Shown in pieces: positions 36,502-49,140 of a stretch of 64,000 nucleotides of DNA. Below the pieces are notes generated by a model. It ran no database searches, was not told where the DNA came from, and worked only from the letters and a program-made list of their open reading frames with translations. Location of the stretch: the NCBI GenBank assembly GCA_963745025.1, contig CAVUWD010000016.1, positions 384,001-448,000 on the forward strand, in the 5' to 3' direction. The stretch comes from an uncultured delta proteobacterium. Its GTDB lineage: Bacteria > Desulfobacterota > Binatia > JACPRU01. The first letter of the stretch is position 1; each line of letters begins with the position of its first letter. The position numbers and the translations under genes are program-made.

Positions 36502-37819
36502 ATGATGACTGCGCCGAGCGCGAGAGGTGGCTCAGAAACCGTCGGGCGCGGGGCGCGCGAGGGCGGACGGCTGTTTCGCGAGTGGTACGGCAATCTGAAC
36601 TCCGCGACGGAGCGAAACGAGCCGGCTGCCTACGTCTTCGTCATGGGAAGCATGGCGGAGATCCTGCGGGTCTTCGATCTTCACACGGTCTTTCCCGAGA
36701 TCAATTCGCTGCAGACCGCGGTGCGTGGCGTGGCGCAGGAGTACCTGAACCAGGCCGAAGAGTACGGCTACTCACCCGACATCTGCGGCTACGTGAAGGC
36801 GGACGTCGCCGTCCAGCTCCGGCAGGGAGAGCACCCGATGGGGCGGATCCCCAAGCCGGCGATCGCGGTGGTGACCAATGCCTGCAACACCTACATCAAA
36901 TGGGCGGAGATCTGGGAACGTCTCTATCACATTCCCGTGTTCACGCTGGATGTGCCGGGCTCGCGCAGCGCCGACGACCGCCGCCGACCGGGAGACGCGG
37001 ACTTCGAGCAAGACCGCCGTTACGTCGAGCACCAGATACGGGAGCTGATCGAGCTTTGTGAGCAGGTGACCGGGAAGAAATTCGACGTCGACCGGCTGCG
37101 CGAGGTGCTGCGCCACACGAACGAGATGAGCCGCGCGTGGAAGCGCGTGCTCGAGCTCAACCGGAGCGTCCCGGCCGTCTTCAACGCGTTGACCGAAGGC
37201 ACCGTCTATCTCGGCGTAGCCAATGCGCTGCGCGGCACGCCGCAGGGAGCGGCGTACTTCCGGGATCTGGTGGAGGAGCTCGAGTACAAGGCCGCAGAGG
37301 GGATCGGAACCCTGCCGGAGGAGAAGTGGCGCCTCACGTTCGTCGGCGTGCCCTGCTACCCGATCTTCCGCCGCTTCTACGAGCTCTTCTCCGAGTGGGG
37401 CGGCGTGTTCGTCAACTCCACCTACCTGTCGTTCGCGGCCGGCGGACTGAACGCGGGCGGCGAGTACGACCTGGACCGACCGGTCGAGAGTCTCGCCGAA
37501 GGCGTCTTGATGAGCCTGCGCGCGAGCATGGACAGCATGTTCTTCCAGGATCGGGCGCTGGTCGAGATGGTCGACGCCTTCCGCGTCGATGGCGATCGTC
37601 TATCATCCGATCAAGAGCTGTCGAACCGTGTCCACGGGTTTGGCCGACAACCGGCGGGCCGTGATGGAGAAGCGGGACGTCCCTTGCCTGTTCATCGAAT
37701 CGGACCTGATGGACAAGCGCGTCGTCTCCGAGGCGCAGCTGAAGAACCGGATCGACGCTTTCTTCGAGGGACTGGCGTCGAGAAAGCTCCGGGCGGCCGG
37801 CGAGAGCTCCCAACACTGA
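36502..37819 (+). CDS. bcrB: Class I benzoyl-CoA reductase subunit B/O; one apparent frameshift near 37592
   Basis: [27 protein letters not shown]; continues in another frame as [13 protein letters not shown]...IESDLMD...RIDAFFE. Confidence 0.8.
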
Positions 37820-37832
37820 GCGAGGTGCACCC

Positions 37833-38672
37833 ATGGCGTATGCGGCAGGAGTCGACGTCGGATCCACCCAGACCAAGGCGGTGGTGGTCGATGAGGAGGG
37901 GCGAATCGTCGGACGAGCGCTGCTCGAGACCGGCGCCAACGTGGTGACCGTCGCCGAGAAGGCATTCCGAGTGGCGCTCGGCGACGGCGGAATCGAGGAG
38001 CAGGAAGTCCCGTTCGTCGTCGGGACGGGATACGGCCGCTACAAGGTGACGTTCGGCAACGCGCAGGTCACCGAGATCAGCTGCCATGCGCGCGGCGCCG
38101 CCCGCATGTTCCCCTCCACGCGCACCGTTCTCGACATGGGCGGTCAAGACACCAAGGCGATTCGCGTGCACCCCGGCGGTCAGGTGCTCGACTTCTGCAT
38201 GAACGACAAATGCGCCGCGGGGACCGGCCGGTTTCTGCAGGCGGCCTCCTTCGCGCTGGAGATTCCACTCGACGAGCTCGGCCCGAGGGCTCTGGCCGCC
38301 GAGCGGCCCGTCAAGATCACCACGACGTGCACCGTATTCGCCGAGTCCGAGGTGCTGTCGTGGCTCGCGCGCGGGAAGAAGGTCGAGGACATTCTCATGG
38401 GGGTGCATCGATCGATCGCCACGCGCTCGCTGGCGCTCCTGCGTCGCGTCGGCGTCGAGTCCGAGGTCACGTTCACGGGCGGGGTCAGCCGCAACCAGGG
38501 GATGGTCGCGGTCTTGAACGAGGAGCTCGGTCTCAAGATGAACGTAAGCGAGGAGTCTCACTTCATGGGAGCCCTCGGTGCAGCTCTCTTCGCGCTGGAT
38601 CAGATTCGCGCCAGCCGCTCGCCGCACCCGCGCCCCGCCGGGCCGGCGAAGGAAGGAGTGCAAGCGTCGTGA
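37833..38672 (+). CDS. bcrA: BCR ATP-dependent activator subunit (BcrA/BzdQ-like, short form)
   Basis: [50 protein letters not shown]. Confidence 0.75.
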   Translation: MAYAAGVDVGSTQTKAVVVDEEGRIVGRALLETGANVVTVAEKAFRVALGDGGIEEQEVPFVVGTGYGRYKVTFGNAQVTEISCHARGAARMFPSTRTVLDMGGQDTKAIRVHPGGQVLDFCMNDKCAAGTGRFLQAASFALEIPLDELGPRALAAERPVKITTTCTVFAESEVLSWLARGKKVEDILMGVHRSIATRSLALLRRVGVESEVTFTGGVSRNQGMVAVLNEELGLKMNVSEESHFMGALGAALFALDQIRASRSPHPRPAGPAKEGVQAS

Positions 38673-39511
38673 CCTTCACGCTCGGCATCGATCTGGGATC
38701 GACGTACACCAAGGCCGCCATCGTCACGGATGGCGGCGATCTCGTCGGCAGGGCCATCGTGGGCACCGGCTTCCGTCTGACGGAAGCGGCTACGCGCGCC
38801 GAGCGCGAAGCGCTCGCGCAGGCGGGCCTGGAAGAGCGCGATGTCGCCTATGTCGTCAGCACCGGGTACGGGCGTTATCAGGTGCCGTTTCGCGATGTGC
38901 AGGTGACGGATCTCACCGCCCAGGCGACCGGTGCGCTCCGGCTCTTTCCGAACACCCGGACTGTCCTCGACATGGGAGGCCAGACGATGAAGGCGACCCG
39001 GCTCGACGAGCGCGGTAGGGTCAAGTCGTTTCGCCTGAACGACAAGTGTGCCGCCGGGACTGGCGCCTTCCTTGAAAAGACGGCGCGCTACCTCGGCTAC
39101 AAGATCGACGAGGTCGGGCCGCTGCTCGTCACGTCCAAAGAGCCGGTGCCGATCTCCGGCGTGTGCGCCGTCTTCGCCGAATCGGAAGTGATCAATCATG
39201 TGTCATCCGGCTGCGCCCCCGCCGACATCGTTCACGGCGCGATCGTCTCGCTCGCCGACCGGTCGGTACAGCTGATGAAGCGCGCCGGCCTCGATCCGGA
39301 GTTCACGCTCGTCGGAGGCATCGCCCGCTTCGAGACGATGGCGCGAGTTCTGGCCGAGCGATTGAAGGCGCCGGTCAACGTGCCGCCGGGCGACCTGGCT
39401 CAATGCACGGCGGCGATTGGCGCCGCTCTCCTCGGCCATCGGCGCTTGCGTAAGCTGCGCGAGGAGGGGCGGCTGAACGAACGTCTCGACTCGCGGCTGG
39501 CGGCGAGCTGA
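38669..39511 (+). CDS. bcrD: BCR ATP-dependent activator subunit (BcrD/BzdP-like)
   Basis: GTG overlaps the previous stop; [44 protein letters not shown]. Confidence 0.75.
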   Translation: MTFTLGIDLGSTYTKAAIVTDGGDLVGRAIVGTGFRLTEAATRAEREALAQAGLEERDVAYVVSTGYGRYQVPFRDVQVTDLTAQATGALRLFPNTRTVLDMGGQTMKATRLDERGRVKSFRLNDKCAAGTGAFLEKTARYLGYKIDEVGPLLVTSKEPVPISGVCAVFAESEVINHVSSGCAPADIVHGAIVSLADRSVQLMKRAGLDPEFTLVGGIARFETMARVLAERLKAPVNVPPGDLAQCTAAIGAALLGHRRLRKLREEGRLNERLDSRLAAS

Positions 39512-39657
39512 TCGAGGCTTTTCTCGCGCGTCGCCCAGCCGTCTGGCGGGATGCGTGATCCCGGAGCGCCGCATCGAGCGCGACCGACGCAGGCGTTGCG
39601 TATCGCGCGAGCGCAGCGCGACATCGCCGGCGCGGGCGAGCCGAGGGCTCGCGATCG

Positions 39658-41880
39658 CTAGCCGCCCGACATCGCCATCACGACCTCGACTCGGTCGCCG
39701 CTCTGCAGCGGATGGTCCTCGGCGCCGTGCAGGAGCACCTCGCCGTTGACGGCGAAGTTGAAGGCATCGCTCGCCAGCAGCGCGCCGAGACCTGGGACCT
39801 GGTGGTCGAGGGCCGCGCGGAGCTCGCGGATCGACGCCACCGGCTCGGTGACGACGAGACCGTCTCCGGGGAGCGTCGTCACCTGTTTCGGGATCCGCAC
39901 GGTGACGGCGAAGCCTGCCGCCACGGCCGCGAGCCGGGTCCGGAAGTCGAGCGCCGGCTGCCCCTCGTCGTCGAGACCGGAGAGCGCGTAGAACTCCGCC
40001 AGCATCCGGTCGAACTCGTCGCGACCGATCTTCTCTCCGCGGTAGGCCCCCCACTCGAGCTCCTCCTCGAACCAGCGTCGCGGCAGGGTGTCGTCCTTCC
40101 GCCGCACGCCGAGCGCGTAGTTGATCATGCGCTCGAGTCCGGTGATGTTGAGCCCGATTGCGCGCAGATCGGCGGGCGAAAGCGCGATGCCGGTCACGTT
40201 CTCGATCTGCTTCGAGAACTGCTCGAGGCCGGGAAGGGAAGGGCTGTTGAACAGCTTGGTCGTGAAGCGGCACATGCCGACCGCATCGCCCACCGCGAAG
40301 GTGTCTTCGCAGGCGCGGACGGCGATCGCCTTGCCGTCGTAGGCATTCGGCTTCGCGGACACCGCGCCGCCGTAGAGGTCTCGCTTGAACGACGGGTCGT
40401 CGTTGATCTTGGCGTTGATCTCGAGCGTGACGCGGTTCCGCAGGTGATCCATGCCGCGCGTCGCGACCGCGAGGCCGAGGGCGAAGGCCTTGATGATGCG
40501 CGCGTCGTGCGGGTCGCTCTGCATCAGCCCCTTGACCGCCATCCGATAGTCGAGCGCTTCGGGCGGATACTTGCCCGCGTCCACCGCCCGGCCGCTCCAG
40601 GCGATAATGTCGCCGAATCCCGCACGGCTCGCGGTCGCGAAGAAGAGATTCTCGATCGCCTCGTAGTTCCCCCAGGTGAGGTCGAGACCGCCGGTATCCT
40701 TCTTCGTGAGCATGCCACGCTGGTAGAGCTCCATCGCCCAGGCGATCGCCGAGCCGAGCGAGGCGGTGTCGAGCCCGAGATCGTTGGCGATGTTGTTCAA
40801 GCGAATGACCTGCGCGACGTCGGAGACGCCGATGTTCGGTCCGAACTTGCCGACCGTCACGTAGTCGGGGCCGTCGCCTGCGTCGTAGCGGTCTCCCTTG
40901 CCGCGGCCGCCGCGGGCGAGGTCGTTCGTCGGCCGGCAGTTGACCGGGCAACGGAAGCAGCCGGCCATCGACGGGCGAAAGGGGTCGATGTTCTCGGCGT
41001 CGAGCGCCTCGGTCCAGGTCGTCTGCTGGTTGTTGAGCGCGCCGATCGCGCCGAGCAGGCGCGAGGGCTTGTAGAGGAAAGGCGTCCCGCGGATCTTGAG
41101 GGCGTGCTGGACGACGGTGGTCCCGAGCAGCTGACGAGCGATCTCTCGGTTCGTTGGCTTGACGCGAGCCGCGTGCGCGCCGGTCGCGCGCCCGGGATCG
41201 AAGCCGCGGACGACGATCGCCTTCAGACGGTGTGCGCCCATCTTGGCGCCCGTCCCGCCGCGCGCGTAGATCGCCTTGGGTCCTGCCATGATTCCGGCGC
41301 AGAGAGCGCCGTTCTCGCCCGCCCGCGTGATCGACGCCATCGCCAGGTTGCGCGCCCACTCGGCGCCGAGCTCGGCCGCGACCCGCTCGCGGAGCTCGAT
41401 GTTGTCGAGGCCTTGCCAATGGCGCGCATCGCGGATCTCGACGCAATCCCCCTCGATGTAGAGATAGACCCAGTCCTGCGCCCGCCCGGTGATGACCAGC
41501 CGGTCGTAGCCCGAGAGCTTGAGGAAGGAGGGAAAGTAGTCGCCGGCGTTCGAGTCCATGAGAACGTGGGTCTCCGGAGACCAGCTGGTGACGTTGCCGC
41601 GCGCGGCCGAGGGGACGATACCGGTGAGGATTCCGCAGCCGAAGATGAGTGGAACCGAGGGGGAGAGGGGCCCCCCGGGGGTTGTCGGGTCGAGGAGATT
41701 GTAGAGGTAAAACATGTTCGCGCCGCGCCCCTCGAGGAAGGTCTCGACCACTTGCCGCGGCGTGTAGGCGCGCCGGAGATCGCGCCGCTCGAGGTCGACG
41801 AAGAGCGTGGCGCCCTGCGTCGGGTACTGCGGCTCGCGAGCGAGGCGAGGGAGCAAGTGATCGACCGCCGCGTGTGTCAC
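39658..41880 (-). CDS. Tungsten aldehyde:ferredoxin oxidoreductase-family enzyme with a C-terminal MoaD/ThiS domain
   Basis: SP.T...DSNAG, RAGENG, ARGGTGAKMG..RLKAI, CFRCPVNC, LGLDT, TRGMDH, GMCRF, DDTLP.R; tail FAVNGE...LQSGDRVEVVMAMSGG. Confidence 0.9.
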   Translation of the reverse strand: MTHAAVDHLLPRLAREPQYPTQGATLFVDLERRDLRRAYTPRQVVETFLEGRGANMFYLYNLLDPTTPGGPLSPSVPLIFGCGILTGIVPSAARGNVTSWSPETHVLMDSNAGDYFPSFLKLSGYDRLVITGRAQDWVYLYIEGDCVEIRDARHWQGLDNIELRERVAAELGAEWARNLAMASITRAGENGALCAGIMAGPKAIYARGGTGAKMGAHRLKAIVVRGFDPGRATGAHAARVKPTNREIARQLLGTTVVQHALKIRGTPFLYKPSRLLGAIGALNNQQTTWTEALDAENIDPFRPSMAGCFRCPVNCRPTNDLARGGRGKGDRYDAGDGPDYVTVGKFGPNIGVSDVAQVIRLNNIANDLGLDTASLGSAIAWAMELYQRGMLTKKDTGGLDLTWGNYEAIENLFFATASRAGFGDIIAWSGRAVDAGKYPPEALDYRMAVKGLMQSDPHDARIIKAFALGLAVATRGMDHLRNRVTLEINAKINDDPSFKRDLYGGAVSAKPNAYDGKAIAVRACEDTFAVGDAVGMCRFTTKLFNSPSLPGLEQFSKQIENVTGIALSPADLRAIGLNITGLERMINYALGVRRKDDTLPRRWFEEELEWGAYRGEKIGRDEFDRMLAEFYALSGLDDEGQPALDFRTRLAAVAAGFAVTVRIPKQVTTLPGDGLVVTEPVASIRELRAALDHQVPGLGALLASDAFNFAVNGEVLLHGAEDHPLQSGDRVEVVMAMSGG

Positions 41881-42090
41881 GCACCCTCCTCGCTCAGGGC
41901 CATGTGGTCGGTCCGCCCCTCCCAGTCGTCGCCGAGGATCGTCACCGGCAGATACTCCAGCGATGTCAAGCGCACCGCGTCTCCGAAAGGATAACCCCGG
42001 GCGCGATTCGAAGCCAGGAGCCGCAAGAGCGCAACTCCATAACGGCCGACGGCGAAGAGTCCCGCGGGTCCGGCATCGGCGATGCCCGGC

Positions 42091-42747
42091 TCAGGTCGCT
42101 GTCGTGCGTGCCTGGCGCAGCGCCTCGTTCCGACCCCGCAGGAGGACCCAGATCGCCACCAGGCACACGCCCGTCACGAACGCCGCGAGCATCACGGTCG
42201 CCCCGCGCGGATAGCTCGACACGGTGAAGTTCGCGATCTGCTTCGTTCCGAAGATCGCGGGGGTGAACGGCTCGATTTTCATCGGCGCCCGCGGGTCGAG
42301 GGAGTGGCCGAGAACGTACATCCGGTAGATGAAGCGGCTGAACGAGAAGAGCGAGATGTACGTGCTCAGGACGGCGAGATCCACCAGGACGCGCACGTCG
42401 CCGATCGCGGCGCAGCGGAGCGTCAGCAGGATGAGGAGTCCGATCGCGAACGGCATCCAGCCGAGGTCGCTCAGCTGCTCGCGGTTGATCGGGGACATCC
42501 CGATATAGTGGTTGAGGGTGTTGATCTCCTGGATATGCTGGCCCTCGTTCCCGCCCTCGACCTTGTAGAGGTAGACGTCGAGGGTGAGGCCGTTCGGGTA
42601 TTGCGGCGCCTTCATCGAGATGTTCCAAAGCGGGAAGGCAAAGCTCAAGACCAGCGGCACGATCAGCGCAACCAGCACCGCGCGAGCCCGCATCTCGATG
42701 GGTCGAGAAAGAAACTCCCAAAATTTGTGAATCGGTTCCCTCATCAC
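42091..42747 (-). CDS. nosB: Clade II nos membrane protein (NosB-like)
   Basis: PLWNISMKAPQYPNGL...INTLNHYIGM...GHSLDP.AP...FTP..FGTKQIANF. Confidence 0.75.
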   Translation of the reverse strand: MMREPIHKFWEFLSRPIEMRARAVLVALIVPLVLSFAFPLWNISMKAPQYPNGLTLDVYLYKVEGGNEGQHIQEINTLNHYIGMSPINREQLSDLGWMPFAIGLLILLTLRCAAIGDVRVLVDLAVLSTYISLFSFSRFIYRMYVLGHSLDPRAPMKIEPFTPAIFGTKQIANFTVSSYPRGATVMLAAFVTGVCLVAIWVLLRGRNEALRQARTTAT

Positions 42748-42789
42748 TGACCTCCTTCGGAATCCTGGCGCGCAGCATCGCCGTGCGCG

Positions 42790-43629
42790 CTACACGAGAT
42801 CGTCGCGTCGGAAGCGCCGGAAGCCGGCGAGCCAGGCAAGCGTGCCCACCAGGAGCGGCCAGGCGACGCCGAGCGCAAACAGACGCCCGGGACCTAAACG
42901 GGTGGCAAGGAAGAACCCGACCGGCCCCAGCACCGACAGCTCCGGATCGGCCGACGATAGCAACGCCATGCGCGCCGCCTCGACCGGGTTGAGCGCCGCG
43001 AGCACGAAGACGCCCTCCGGACGGAGCCGCCATTGGAGCATCATGCCGACCAGGGCGAAGTCGAGGAGCGCGATGCTCGCCGCATACGTGAGCAATACGT
43101 AGGTCTGCGACCGCGTCTGCCTGCGCACGGCAGTCGAGATCAGGAGGCCGATGCCGACGAACGCCCACAAGAGCGCCGCACTCACCGCGACGGTGCGCGC
43201 GACGAAAGCCCACGGCAGCTGCTCGCCCAGCGCGAAGCGCGCGTAGAGCACGAGCGCCATCACCAGGGCCACGAGCGGGAGCAAGAGCACGAGGTAGCGT
43301 ACGAGGCTCACGGCGAGGTAGTAACCGGCGCGGGAGAACGGATGGCTGAAGAGCATCTCGAGCGCGCCGCTCTCGCGCGCCTGGATCACGACCTGCCCGG
43401 TGCCGGTCAGCGCAAGTAGCGGCAGGACCAAGAGCAGCGCGTGGCAGAACGAAGTGAGGACGCGCCCCATGCCGGTGAAACCGAGGATGCTCGACTCTCG
43501 CAGGCCGACCAGCATGAAGCTGCCGCCGAGAATGGCATAGAGCCCCCCGCAGAAGAGCAGCCAGCGCGAGCGCAAAACCTCCGCGAGCTCGAGCCGCGCA
43601 ACCGCCACGACGTCTCGGGTGAGAGCCAT
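42790..43629 (-). CDS. nosY: ABC permease for NosZ maturation
   Basis: About 6 TM helices; ARESGALEML...LNPVEAAR; nos context. Confidence 0.8.
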   Translation of the reverse strand: MALTRDVVAVARLELAEVLRSRWLLFCGGLYAILGGSFMLVGLRESSILGFTGMGRVLTSFCHALLLVLPLLALTGTGQVVIQARESGALEMLFSHPFSRAGYYLAVSLVRYLVLLLPLVALVMALVLYARFALGEQLPWAFVARTVAVSAALLWAFVGIGLLISTAVRRQTRSQTYVLLTYAASIALLDFALVGMMLQWRLRPEGVFVLAALNPVEAARMALLSSADPELSVLGPVGFFLATRLGPGRLFALGVAWPLLVGTLAWLAGFRRFRRDDLV

Positions 43630-43636
43630 CGCCACC

Positions 43637-44176
43637 TCAGCGTGCCGGATGCTCGCGCCGCCCGCCGTCCCCACGCCGATCGGCGAGGACGAGAGCACGG
43701 GCCGCCTGGACGGAAAGGGCGCCCGCCGTGCCCGCTTCCACGGCGCCGAGCCCCCATCCCATCGGCGAGGTCGCGACCGGCAGGAACCCGATGGCGGATT
43801 CCGGCAGCCAGCGGTCCTCGCGCAGATCGTGGAACCACGTCGCGTGCACGACCGTCGAGTGCGCCGCGACGTAGGTGAAGTAGCAGCCAGGGTCGTCGAA
43901 GAACATCACGTCGCCGTCGGCCGTATGCAGCTGGACGGCGAAGGCGGGCTCCCCGAGATGCATGGCGCAATGGGCGCAAGGTTGGCGGTCCCAGGCGACC
44001 GGCACGGGGCCCACCGGCGGCGTGCGCGCCCCGACGATTGCCCAGAGCGCGATGCCGACGAGCGCGAGCACGCCAGCGCCCGCGAGGATCGGCGCGCCCC
44101 GTACGCCTCCAAGGCGCGGGGTGTGCGATGCCGTCGCCACTCGTGGCGAGGCGCCCCACGTGGCCTCAGCGTGCAC
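43637..44176 (-). CDS. nosL: NosL copper chaperone
   Basis: CAHCAM, FFDDPGC, SPMGWG. Confidence 0.8.
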   Translation of the reverse strand: MHAEATWGASPRVATASHTPRLGGVRGAPILAGAGVLALVGIALWAIVGARTPPVGPVPVAWDRQPCAHCAMHLGEPAFAVQLHTADGDVMFFDDPGCYFTYVAAHSTVVHATWFHDLREDRWLPESAIGFLPVATSPMGWGLGAVEAGTAGALSVQAARALVLADRRGDGGRREHPAR

Positions 44177-45062
44177 CTACGCCCCCGGTCGTCCAGTCGT
44201 CGCCTTTCACCGTTTCGACGTCGCGCACCAGGAGATCGGTGAGGTCGCCCTGCAACTCGGCAACGAGACACAGTAGCTCCTCCGCCTTGTCGGCGCGCGC
44301 CACGGTCTTCGCCCACCAGTAGCCGGTACCCGGCGCGAAACCGTGCGCGCGCAGCCAGCGCGCTCGCGCGTCGGAAGTCGCGCGCACCTCGAGGACGCTC
44401 GTCGCGCAGCGCGCGAGGAAGGTGTCGAGCGGTCCGTCCCAGGCGACGTGGCCCTCGTCGAGGAGGATCACGTGGTCGATGAGATGCCGCAGCACCTCGA
44501 GACGGTGCGAGCAAAGCACCAGCGTCATCGGACGGAGCGCGCCGAAGACCGTATAGAAGCGGCGACGCGAAGCCGCATCGAGGCCCGCGGTGGGCTCGTC
44601 CATGATCACCAGAGAGGCCTCGGGCGCGGCCATCGCGAGCGCGATCATGAGCTTCTGCTTCATGCCACCCGAGAGACTGCGCAGCGGTCGGTCGCCGACC
44701 GCCTCGATGTCGAGGCCGAGCTCCCGCCCGCGGGCGGCGATCACCGAAGGGGCAATCCCCCGGACCGTGGCCACCGCGCGGACCAAGTCGCGCACACCTG
44801 CCGTGAGGGCCGGCGCGGCTTGGGGCACGTAGGCGAGCCGTTGCGCCAAGAAAACGCGGTCGACGAAGGGAGAGAGGCCGCCGATCTGGACCGTGCCCTC
44901 GGCGGCGAGCATTCCCATCATGATGCGCGTGAGCGTCGATTTCCCGGAGCCGTTCGGCCCGATGAGGCCCACGCGGCTCCCCTCGGAAATCGTGAGCGTG
45001 ACGTCGTCGAGCGCGGTGAAGTGCCCGAACCGCTTGGTGACGTGCGCGAGCTCGATCCTCAC
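44166..45062 (-). CDS. nosF: ABC ATPase for NosZ maturation
   Basis: GPNGSGKS, LSGGMKQK, IMDEPT. Confidence 0.85.
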   Translation of the reverse strand: MRIELAHVTKRFGHFTALDDVTLTISEGSRVGLIGPNGSGKSTLTRIMMGMLAAEGTVQIGGLSPFVDRVFLAQRLAYVPQAAPALTAGVRDLVRAVATVRGIAPSVIAARGRELGLDIEAVGDRPLRSLSGGMKQKLMIALAMAAPEASLVIMDEPTAGLDAASRRRFYTVFGALRPMTLVLCSHRLEVLRHLIDHVILLDEGHVAWDGPLDTFLARCATSVLEVRATSDARARWLRAHGFAPGTGYWWAKTVARADKAEELLCLVAELQGDLTDLLVRDVETVKGDDWTTGGVGAR

Positions 45063-46402
45063 CGCACCGACCCGAGCGTGAGCGGCGCCATGCGCGGCGC
45101 CGGGTCGACGAGCAGGGTACGGGCCTGGAAGAGCGGCAAGATGAAGCTGATCGCTTCGACCAGGGCGAGCGTGGGAGTCCCGTGCAAGAACGCCAGCGAC
45201 GGGTACGTGCCGGTCAGGCGGTTGGTCAGGCTGCGAAGCTCGTACGGCACGTCGCCGAACCCATCGCGGTTCAAATCGTAGCCCACATAGTCGTCGAAGT
45301 CGTTGCCGCGCCAGACCATGTCGAGCGCGTCACCCCCGCCATCGACTCGCACTTGCTGAAAGTTGTCACGAAAGCTGTTGCCGGTGAAGACGTTCTCGTG
45401 CGGGCTCGAGTGGAACAGCACGCCGGTTTCGCCGAGGCGGACGACATTTCCCTCGAAGCGATTCGGCATCCCCGGCTCGAACGGCGAGGAGTCGACATAG
45501 ATGCCGACGGTGTTCTTAACGAGCACGTTGCCGGCGATGGTGAGCCCGCTGGACTCTTTGAGCCCGAGGCCAAATCCCGCCGCCCCAGCCGATTCGGCAA
45601 TCAGGTTGTCGCGTAGCTCGACCTGCCGCGAATACATCAGGAAGACGCCAACGACGTTTCCCACGTATCGGTTGCGGGCGACCATGTTCTGGTGACTGTA
45701 CATGAAGTGCGTGCCGTAGCGGCTGCCCGTGACGACGTTGTCGACGATGCGGTTGCCTGAGGAGTACCAGACGACGACGTCGCGCCCGTCGACGACCGCG
45801 TTGCCTTCGACCGTCGAGTCGTGGACCTCCCACAGGCGGAGCGCGTCACCTCGCAAGCCGAGCATCGCCTGGCGGCGGCCAACAATCCGGTTGCCGCGAA
45901 TGACGACCGCACGCGCCTGCTCGACGGTGATGCCGAAGACGGCGTCGCGCAACAGCACGCCCTCGACGCGGACGCGGTCGGCGGCGACGAGGATCCCGGC
46001 GTCCTGTTTGTCATAGCGGGAGCCGCTGCCGGCGACGCTGAGACCAAGAAGGGCAGCGCCCGCGCCGGCAATCCGGATGGTCGTACCTTGACCGTCGCTC
46101 TGCACGACCGCATCGCGCGGCCCCCAGAGCGTGACGCTACGGGCGATCGTGATCGGGCCACCGTACGTTCCCGGCGCAAGGCAGAGGGTATCGCCGTCAG
46201 AGGCGGCGTCGAGCGCGGCCTGGAGACTGGCCCCGGAGGCAACCGCACGACAGGGCTCGGGACGGGGGGGCTGCACGTCCGGAACGGAGGCGAGAAGGGC
46301 GGCGGTCTTGGATCCCGCGTCGTGTGGATCCGCAACCGCCGCGATCAGGCCTCCGCCCGCGTCGGCGCGAGAGGCCCCAACCCCGCCCGCGGCGACGAGC
46401 AT
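45059..46402 (-). CDS. nosD: NosD beta-helix maturation protein
   Basis: SRYGTHFMYS, GVFLMYS, GYDLNRDGFGDVPY; true start may be slightly upstream. Confidence 0.9.
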   Translation of the reverse strand: MLVAAGGVGASRADAGGGLIAAVADPHDAGSKTAALLASVPDVQPPRPEPCRAVASGASLQAALDAASDGDTLCLAPGTYGGPITIARSVTLWGPRDAVVQSDGQGTTIRIAGAGAALLGLSVAGSGSRYDKQDAGILVAADRVRVEGVLLRDAVFGITVEQARAVVIRGNRIVGRRQAMLGLRGDALRLWEVHDSTVEGNAVVDGRDVVVWYSSGNRIVDNVVTGSRYGTHFMYSHQNMVARNRYVGNVVGVFLMYSRQVELRDNLIAESAGAAGFGLGLKESSGLTIAGNVLVKNTVGIYVDSSPFEPGMPNRFEGNVVRLGETGVLFHSSPHENVFTGNSFRDNFQQVRVDGGGDALDMVWRGNDFDDYVGYDLNRDGFGDVPYELRSLTNRLTGTYPSLAFLHGTPTLALVEAISFILPLFQARTLLVDPAPRMAPLTLGSVR

Positions 46403-46440
46403 CGCGCCCGCGAGGGCGGCCGCGACCGCCCGCGCTGCGC

Positions 46441-48453
<2,013 letters not shown>

Positions 48454-48487
48454 GGGATCTCCCTCCTTGGGGGATTCGCCCCCGCCG

Positions 48488-48910
48488 CTATTGCGCGCCA
48501 CCGAGCTTGCGCACCACCTTGCGAAGTCCTTTGACGACGTCGGGCTTGGCGATCAGATCGGGGTTGTTCGGCATCATCGGGCTCTTTGCAACGGCGGCAC
48601 CCCCGTACTGGATGATCTTCTCGATGTGCTCGTCGTTGACGCTCTTCTGCCATTCAGAGTCGGTAAAATTGCGGGGCTTCGGGTTCAACACCGCCGAACC
48701 TGGGCCATCGCCCTTCCCCGACGTCCCGTGACAGACGCTGCACCGCGTATTGAAGATTTCCTGCGCCTCTTTCATCGCCTCCTCGGGCACGGCATCTTGC
48801 TTCTCGTCGGCCACGGCGACCGATGTCACAGCGCCGAAGACGGCCGCCGCGGCCAGTGCGACGAGCACGCGGTGCTTGAAGTCGTTCGTGGTCAGACTAG
48901 TTCTCATCAC
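48488..48910 (-). CDS. Monohaem cytochrome c upstream of nosZ
   Basis: Signal peptide, CSVCHG, PKPRNFT, SPMMP. Confidence 0.85.
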   Translation of the reverse strand: MMRTSLTTNDFKHRVLVALAAAAVFGAVTSVAVADEKQDAVPEEAMKEAQEIFNTRCSVCHGTSGKGDGPGSAVLNPKPRNFTDSEWQKSVNDEHIEKIIQYGGAAVAKSPMMPNNPDLIAKPDVVKGLRKVVRKLGGAQ

Positions 48911-48970
48911 GGCCGTCTCCTATCGCTTATCAGCGCAATTGCAAGGTATGCTCATCGAGTTTTCGCCGGG

Positions 48971-48986
48971 GGCAAACACCGTGCCA
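48971..48986 (-). promoter_or_regulatory. sigma54 promoter for the nos operon
   Basis: TGGCACGGTGTTTGCC on the minus strand, consensus match. Confidence 0.8.
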
Positions 48987-49140
48987 CTGAAGATATGGAA
49001 CAGATTTCCCAACGCCCGAAAATTTACCGGGGCTCTTTTCCCATACCCGGGAATTTTCGCGCGGCACAACTCCAAAAAATCGGAAACGGGTCGCGACCGC
49101 TGCGCGCGGGTCGGATGGAGCTCCTGCCGGGTATCAGCTC

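Noticed and set aside
39712-41994. Long antisense ORFs (also 1074-3350, 26199-28400, 7205-8728)
   Set aside because: They are typical high-GC shadows opposite well-supported genes and carry no recognisable motifs.
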